A DNA stretch of 64,000 nucleotides from an uncultured Desulfarculus sp. (GTDB taxonomy: Bacteria; Desulfobacterota; Desulfarculia; Desulfarculales; Desulfarculaceae): positions 768,001-832,000 of the forward strand of contig CAXXUK010000002.1 of the NCBI GenBank assembly GCA_963665125.2. Reading direction: 5' to 3'. Below the pieces are notes generated by a model. That model ran no database searches. It saw nothing but the letters and a program-made list of their open reading frames with translations, and was not told where the DNA came from. Position 1 is the stretch's first letter, and every line of letters begins with the position of its first letter. This document shows positions 59,597-64,000 of this stretch, piece after piece. A program made the translations under genes and the position numbers.

Positions 59597-62005
59597 TTAC
59601 TTAACCGGGGCGCTCATGCCTCTGGCCGCCCAGAGGCCGCACAAGTAAAGCAGGCCCGCCGTCCACAGCACGGCCTGGAACCCCAGGTAAAGGGAAATTA
59701 TCACGGTAAGGATGGAGCCGACAACGGTCATGAAGCCGTTGACGCCCCAGGCCCAGCCCACCATGGTGGCGCTGGCATTATGCACCAGGCGCAGGCCCAG
59801 GGGGAATGGCATGCCCATGACCGTGCCGATGGGGGCCAGGACCAGCACCGAAACGATTATGCGCACAGCCAGCGAACTGCCCAGGAACAGATCGAACGCC
59901 ACCGGCAGCAGAAAGACCATGGCCACGTTGAGGGCGAAGATCAGCGGAAAGACCACGCCCAGGGCCTTGACGGGCCGTTCGCCGAAACGCTCGCTGATGA
60001 AGCTGCCGATGCCCGAGAAGACCAAGAGCGCCGCGATGACCAGGGAGATGCTGAAGGCCGGGTTGCCCAAAAACAGGATGAACTGCTTGATGAAACACAG
60101 CTCGATCATGATGAACGCCGCGCCCAAAATCGAGAAATACGCCAGGAACGGGGCCTTGCGCAGGGGCGAGGCCTCCCGGCGGCCCAACAGCACCAGGGGC
60201 AGCACGATCAACAGCAGGCTGATCAGCACGATCTCCACGGTGATGGCCACCATGGGCAGGTCGGACTTTGGTATGCCCGGATCGCCGCCGAAGACCTTCT
60301 GGACCAGGGAGTGGGGCAGCCAGCGCAGGACCAGGCCCATTTTCTTCATGTCGGTGGGCAGATCTTCGCTGGTAACGTCCACCGGGCGACCCAGATACAG
60401 GAAATGGTCGAAAAACGGCCAGTTGTCCGTGGGCGGGCTAAGCTCGTAGCCCCCGGCCCGGTAGTACTGCCTGGGGTCGTCGGACTTGAGGATTTTGGCG
60501 TAGAGGTTGGCGTCCTTGGCCATGTCCGGGGCGTAGAGCACCTTGAAGCCACGGTCCTTTTCCCACCGGTAGGCAGCGGCGATTTCCTCGTCGGTGTAGG
60601 GCCGCTTGCGCAGGTACACGCCGTTGACCATCCAGGCCTCGCCGGCCACGATCATAACGTGGCGGTCGATGTCCTTGATGCCCAGACGCTTGCCCAGGGC
60701 CCGGATGATGGTGCACATACGGGCCGTGCCCCAGCGGTTGAGGGCCAGGATGCCGTCGTCGGTCAGATGGGCGAAATAGTCTTCGAACGCCTCAACGGTC
60801 AGCAGGTACGTCTCGGAAAGGTTGATGGCCCCCGAGGCGAAAGCGATGGGCGTGAAGTTGTTGCGCATCTGGATCAGGTCGTAGCGCTTGTTGGAGTTGA
60901 CTATGTAGCTGCGGCCCTCGTCGTTGGCCAGATTGACTTGGGGCAGGCTGAACATGCCGTCGTTGATGCTCTTGTAGTGGTCTTTGACCACGGCGCAGAT
61001 CACCGGGTCCATTTCGATGGCGTCGACATGGCCGGCGTCGTGGCTCAGGGCGTAGGTGACCTCGATGCCGCCGGACGAGCCGATGATGGCCACCTTGGGC
61101 TGACGGCCGCCCGCGCTCAGGTAGATGTACGGGAAGTTGATGGAGTCCCAGGCCGGCTCCTGTTTGGCGGTGCGGCTGTAGCGGGCCAGCATGGATTCGT
61201 TTTCGCCGCCGTTGATCCAGATGTCGTAGGGCTCCACCTTGCCGTCGACCAGCCTGCCGGTGACGTCGACCCTGGAGAGCGAACTCCAGGCGCTGAACAT
61301 GGTGGCGTTCATGCCCGCCTGGAACCAGCGCTTGGACTGATGGGGCTTGATGGGCAGAAGCTGCTCGCCAAAGGGAGTGGCCACGGCGCAGATTATGGTG
61401 GCCGCGATGAGGGCCAGGCGCCACTTGCCGCCATGATGGGCGAACACCGCCGCGGCGGCGATGCCCAGAAACGCCGCCAGCAAAACGGCCCCGGAAGCGC
61501 CCAGGGGCGATATGACCAGCACCAGCAGGATCGAGCCCAGGGCCGCGCCGATCAGATCAAAGAAATACAGCCGGTGGACCTGTTTTCCCTCGCCGGACAA
61601 CAGGATCGTAAAGGTGACGCCCGCGCAGAAGAACGGGGCGATGAGCGCAAGGTAGATGACGCCCAGGTAGAGCCAGTTTTTGAGCTTGCCGAACTCGCCG
61701 ACGACCAGGGGCACCTCGATGATCAGCACCAGGCTGACGATGGCCAATACGCCGAACAGCAACGAGAACAGCGGCACCTGGTCCCGGCCCATGTGAAAGC
61801 GCCGCTGACCGGCCAGGGACATGAACACGCCGGCCAGGCCCATGCCGAACAAGGCCGTGGAGACGATCATGAAGGCGTAGTTGGACCAGATGACAAAGGA
61901 GAAGATCCTGGTCAGGGTCACTTCATACAACAGCAGGCCCATGGCCAGTAAAAAGATACCGGCGTAATCACTCAGGCGGCTGGTTTGGTTCTTGATTCCG
62001 TTCAT
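59597..62005 (-). CDS. polytopic membrane protein with central spermidine-synthase-like SAM-binding domain
   Basis: N- and C-terminal TM bundles; KVAIIGSSGG, AIEMDP, DEGRSY, YLLTVEAF, PTDNWPFF, GMPFPLG, WAWGVNG. Confidence 0.82.
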   Translation of the reverse strand: MNGIKNQTSRLSDYAGIFLLAMGLLLYEVTLTRIFSFVIWSNYAFMIVSTALFGMGLAGVFMSLAGQRRFHMGRDQVPLFSLLFGVLAIVSLVLIIEVPLVVGEFGKLKNWLYLGVIYLALIAPFFCAGVTFTILLSGEGKQVHRLYFFDLIGAALGSILLVLVISPLGASGAVLLAAFLGIAAAAVFAHHGGKWRLALIAATIICAVATPFGEQLLPIKPHQSKRWFQAGMNATMFSAWSSLSRVDVTGRLVDGKVEPYDIWINGGENESMLARYSRTAKQEPAWDSINFPYIYLSAGGRQPKVAIIGSSGGIEVTYALSHDAGHVDAIEMDPVICAVVKDHYKSINDGMFSLPQVNLANDEGRSYIVNSNKRYDLIQMRNNFTPIAFASGAINLSETYLLTVEAFEDYFAHLTDDGILALNRWGTARMCTIIRALGKRLGIKDIDRHVMIVAGEAWMVNGVYLRKRPYTDEEIAAAYRWEKDRGFKVLYAPDMAKDANLYAKILKSDDPRQYYRAGGYELSPPTDNWPFFDHFLYLGRPVDVTSEDLPTDMKKMGLVLRWLPHSLVQKVFGGDPGIPKSDLPMVAITVEIVLISLLLIVLPLVLLGRREASPLRKAPFLAYFSILGAAFIMIELCFIKQFILFLGNPAFSISLVIAALLVFSGIGSFISERFGERPVKALGVVFPLIFALNVAMVFLLPVAFDLFLGSSLAVRIIVSVLVLAPIGTVMGMPFPLGLRLVHNASATMVGWAWGVNGFMTVVGSILTVIISLYLGFQAVLWTAGLLYLCGLWAARGMSAPVK

Positions 62006-62030
62006 GGTCGTCCAAGGCTCCCCGCTCGAA

Positions 62031-64000
62031 CTAGGCCTTTTGGCCCAGCCTGCCGGATACCCACACGCCCAGCAGATACAACACTCCGGCGGTCCACAAA
62101 ACGGCGTGGAAGCCCAGGTAAAGCGAGATGAAAACCGTGAGGATGGAGCCCACCACGGTCATGAATCCGTTGACGCCCCAGGCCCAGCCGACCATGGAGG
62201 AACTGCCCCGGTGCACCAGGCGCAGGCCCAGGGGGAAGGGCATGCCCATCAGGGTGCCGATGGGGGCCATCATCAACACGGTCATCAATATGCGCACCAT
62301 GATATTGCTGCCAAGGAAGGCGTCGAACACCACGGGCATGATGTATATCAGCGCCGCGTTGACCGCGAAGATGCCCGGGAAGACGAACTTCAGGGCCTTG
62401 ACCGGGTTGTCGCCGAAGCGCTCGGACAGGAAGCTGCCGATGCTGGAAAAGACCAACAGCACGGCGATTACCAGCGAAATGCTGATTGCCGGGTTGCCCA
62501 GGAACAGGATGTACTGCTTGATGTAGCACAGCTCGATCATGATGAAGGCCATGCCCAGCAGGGAGAAATAGGCCACCAGGGGGCCCTTGCGCAGCGGCGA
62601 GTCGCCCCGGGCGCCCAGCAGCCACATGGGCAGCACAACGAAGATGAAGCTGATCAGGATGATTTCAAGGGTGATGGCGAATAGCGGCACGTCGCTCTTG
62701 GGCACAGTCCAGTTGCCCATCAGCCGCTTGATGATGCCCGGCGGCTCCCACTGCAGGAGCAAACCGATCATGCGCAGGTCTTCGGGCACGAAGGGGTCGT
62801 TTACATCGGGGGCCGGGCCCACCTGGAAGAAATGGTCGAAGAAGGGCCAGTTGTCCGTGGGCGGCCTCAGGTCGAATCCCGCGTAGCGGTAAAACTCGGC
62901 CGGGTCTTCGGACCTTAGGATGGCTGCGTAGAGGTTGTGGGTCTTTTCCATTTCCGGCGAATACAGCACGCTGAATCGCTTGTCCTGCTCGCACCATTTT
63001 TCAGCCGCCCGGATCTCGTCGGCGGTGTAGGGCTTCTTGCGGAAGTAGACGCCGTTGACCATCCAGCCTTCGCCGTGGATGATGATCACGTGCTTGGAGA
63101 CGTCGGTGATGCCGGTCTTTTCAGCGGCGGCCCGCACCAGGGAGCACAGCCGGGCCGTGCCCCAGCGGTTGATGGCCAGGATGCCGTCGTCGCTGAGGTG
63201 GTTCATGTAGTCCAGAATGGCCTCAACCGTAAGCAGGTAGGTCTCCGACAGGTTGATGGAGCCCGAGGCGAAGGCGATGGGCGTGAAGTTGTTGCGCATC
63301 TGGATCAGGTTGAACGTCTTGTCGCAGTTGACGATGTAGGAGCGGCCCTCGTCGTTGATCAGGTTCACGCCGGGAAGGTCGAACATCTTGTCGTTGACCC
63401 AGGCGAAAGGCCCGGATACCAGGTCGCAGATCACCGGGTCCATCTCCACGGCGTCGATGTCCACAGCGCCGTGGCTCAGGGCGTAGGCAACCTCCGTGCC
63501 GCCTGACGAGCCGATGATGGCCACCTTGGGCGCGCCGCCGCCGCCGGTGATGTCCTTGTAGGGATATTTGGAGATGTACAGATACGGGAAGTTCAGCGAC
63601 TCGCGCCACTCCGGCGCATAGGGGTTTGTCCGGTTGTAGCGGGCCAGGAAGGATTCGTTTTCACCGCCGTTGATCCATATGTCGGCGGGCTCGACCTTGC
63701 CGGTGACGATCTTTCGCTCGGTTACGTCGACTCGGGAGAGGCTGGACCACTTGGAATAGACCGTGCGCACGCTCTCGGATTTGAAGCGGCGTTTGGCCTG
63801 GTGGGCCTTGACCGGCAGAAGCTGTTCGGCCAGGGGCGTGAGCACCAGAAAGCCCAAACAGAATACGGCCAAAACAATGCGCCAAGCCTTGGATTCGCCC
63901 TGGTAAAACACCATGGCTGAAATGGCCACCATCAGGGCCGAGAGCATCAGCGATCCCGAAGCTCCCAGGGGGGCGATGACGAAGACCAACAGCAGCGAAC
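62031..64000 (-). CDS. paralogous membrane spermidine-synthase-like protein (5' end outside the window)
   Basis: same motifs as 59597..62005; frame open to the window edge. Confidence 0.82.
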   Translation of the reverse strand, partial: SLLLVFVIAPLGASGSLMLSALMVAISAMVFYQGESKAWRIVLAVFCLGFLVLTPLAEQLLPVKAHQAKRRFKSESVRTVYSKWSSLSRVDVTERKIVTGKVEPADIWINGGENESFLARYNRTNPYAPEWRESLNFPYLYISKYPYKDITGGGGAPKVAIIGSSGGTEVAYALSHGAVDIDAVEMDPVICDLVSGPFAWVNDKMFDLPGVNLINDEGRSYIVNCDKTFNLIQMRNNFTPIAFASGSINLSETYLLTVEAILDYMNHLSDDGILAINRWGTARLCSLVRAAAEKTGITDVSKHVIIIHGEGWMVNGVYFRKKPYTADEIRAAEKWCEQDKRFSVLYSPEMEKTHNLYAAILRSEDPAEFYRYAGFDLRPPTDNWPFFDHFFQVGPAPDVNDPFVPEDLRMIGLLLQWEPPGIIKRLMGNWTVPKSDVPLFAITLEIILISFIFVVLPMWLLGARGDSPLRKGPLVAYFSLLGMAFIMIELCYIKQYILFLGNPAISISLVIAVLLVFSSIGSFLSERFGDNPVKALKFVFPGIFAVNAALIYIMPVVFDAFLGSNIMVRILMTVLMMAPIGTLMGMPFPLGLRLVHRGSSSMVGWAWGVNGFMTVVGSILTVFISLYLGFHAVLWTAGVLYLLGVWVSGRLGQKA

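Noticed and set aside
59567..61951. 794-aa ORF antisense to the membrane SAM-domain gene
   Set aside because: Shadow ORF

Overview
GC-rich bacterial chromosome segment. Gene content (rubrerythrin, selenoperoxiredoxin, DUF3786 paralogues, long CheZ) suggests an anaerobic deltaproteobacterium; this is inference only. It is mostly housekeeping: surE, htpX/htrA, ileS-lspA-lgt-gcvH, queH, cheZ, nudC, acetoacetate-CoA ligase, bioBAFD with a BirA-type operator, trkAH, and a glycosyltransferase/radical-SAM cluster at the right end. The most striking region is a ~7 kb island (28.7-35.6 kb) with no integrase and no other phage genes. It holds four tandem cassettes, each a minus-strand membrane-anchored beta-repeat gene head-to-head with the 5' end of a tape-measure-like gene. 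Only the last tape-measure-like copy is full length. AT-rich variable cores alternate with near-identical GC-rich blocks, like an orphan-cassette polymorphic system but with N-terminal variation. Other points: a UGA-recoded PrxU with a SECIS-like hairpin, a SIR2 + low-GC DUF2971 pair with a 38-bp direct repeat, a dispersed intergenic repeat, a multi-hairpin intergenic element, and two single-base gene lesions. All family calls come from motif recognition by eye; no database searches were run.
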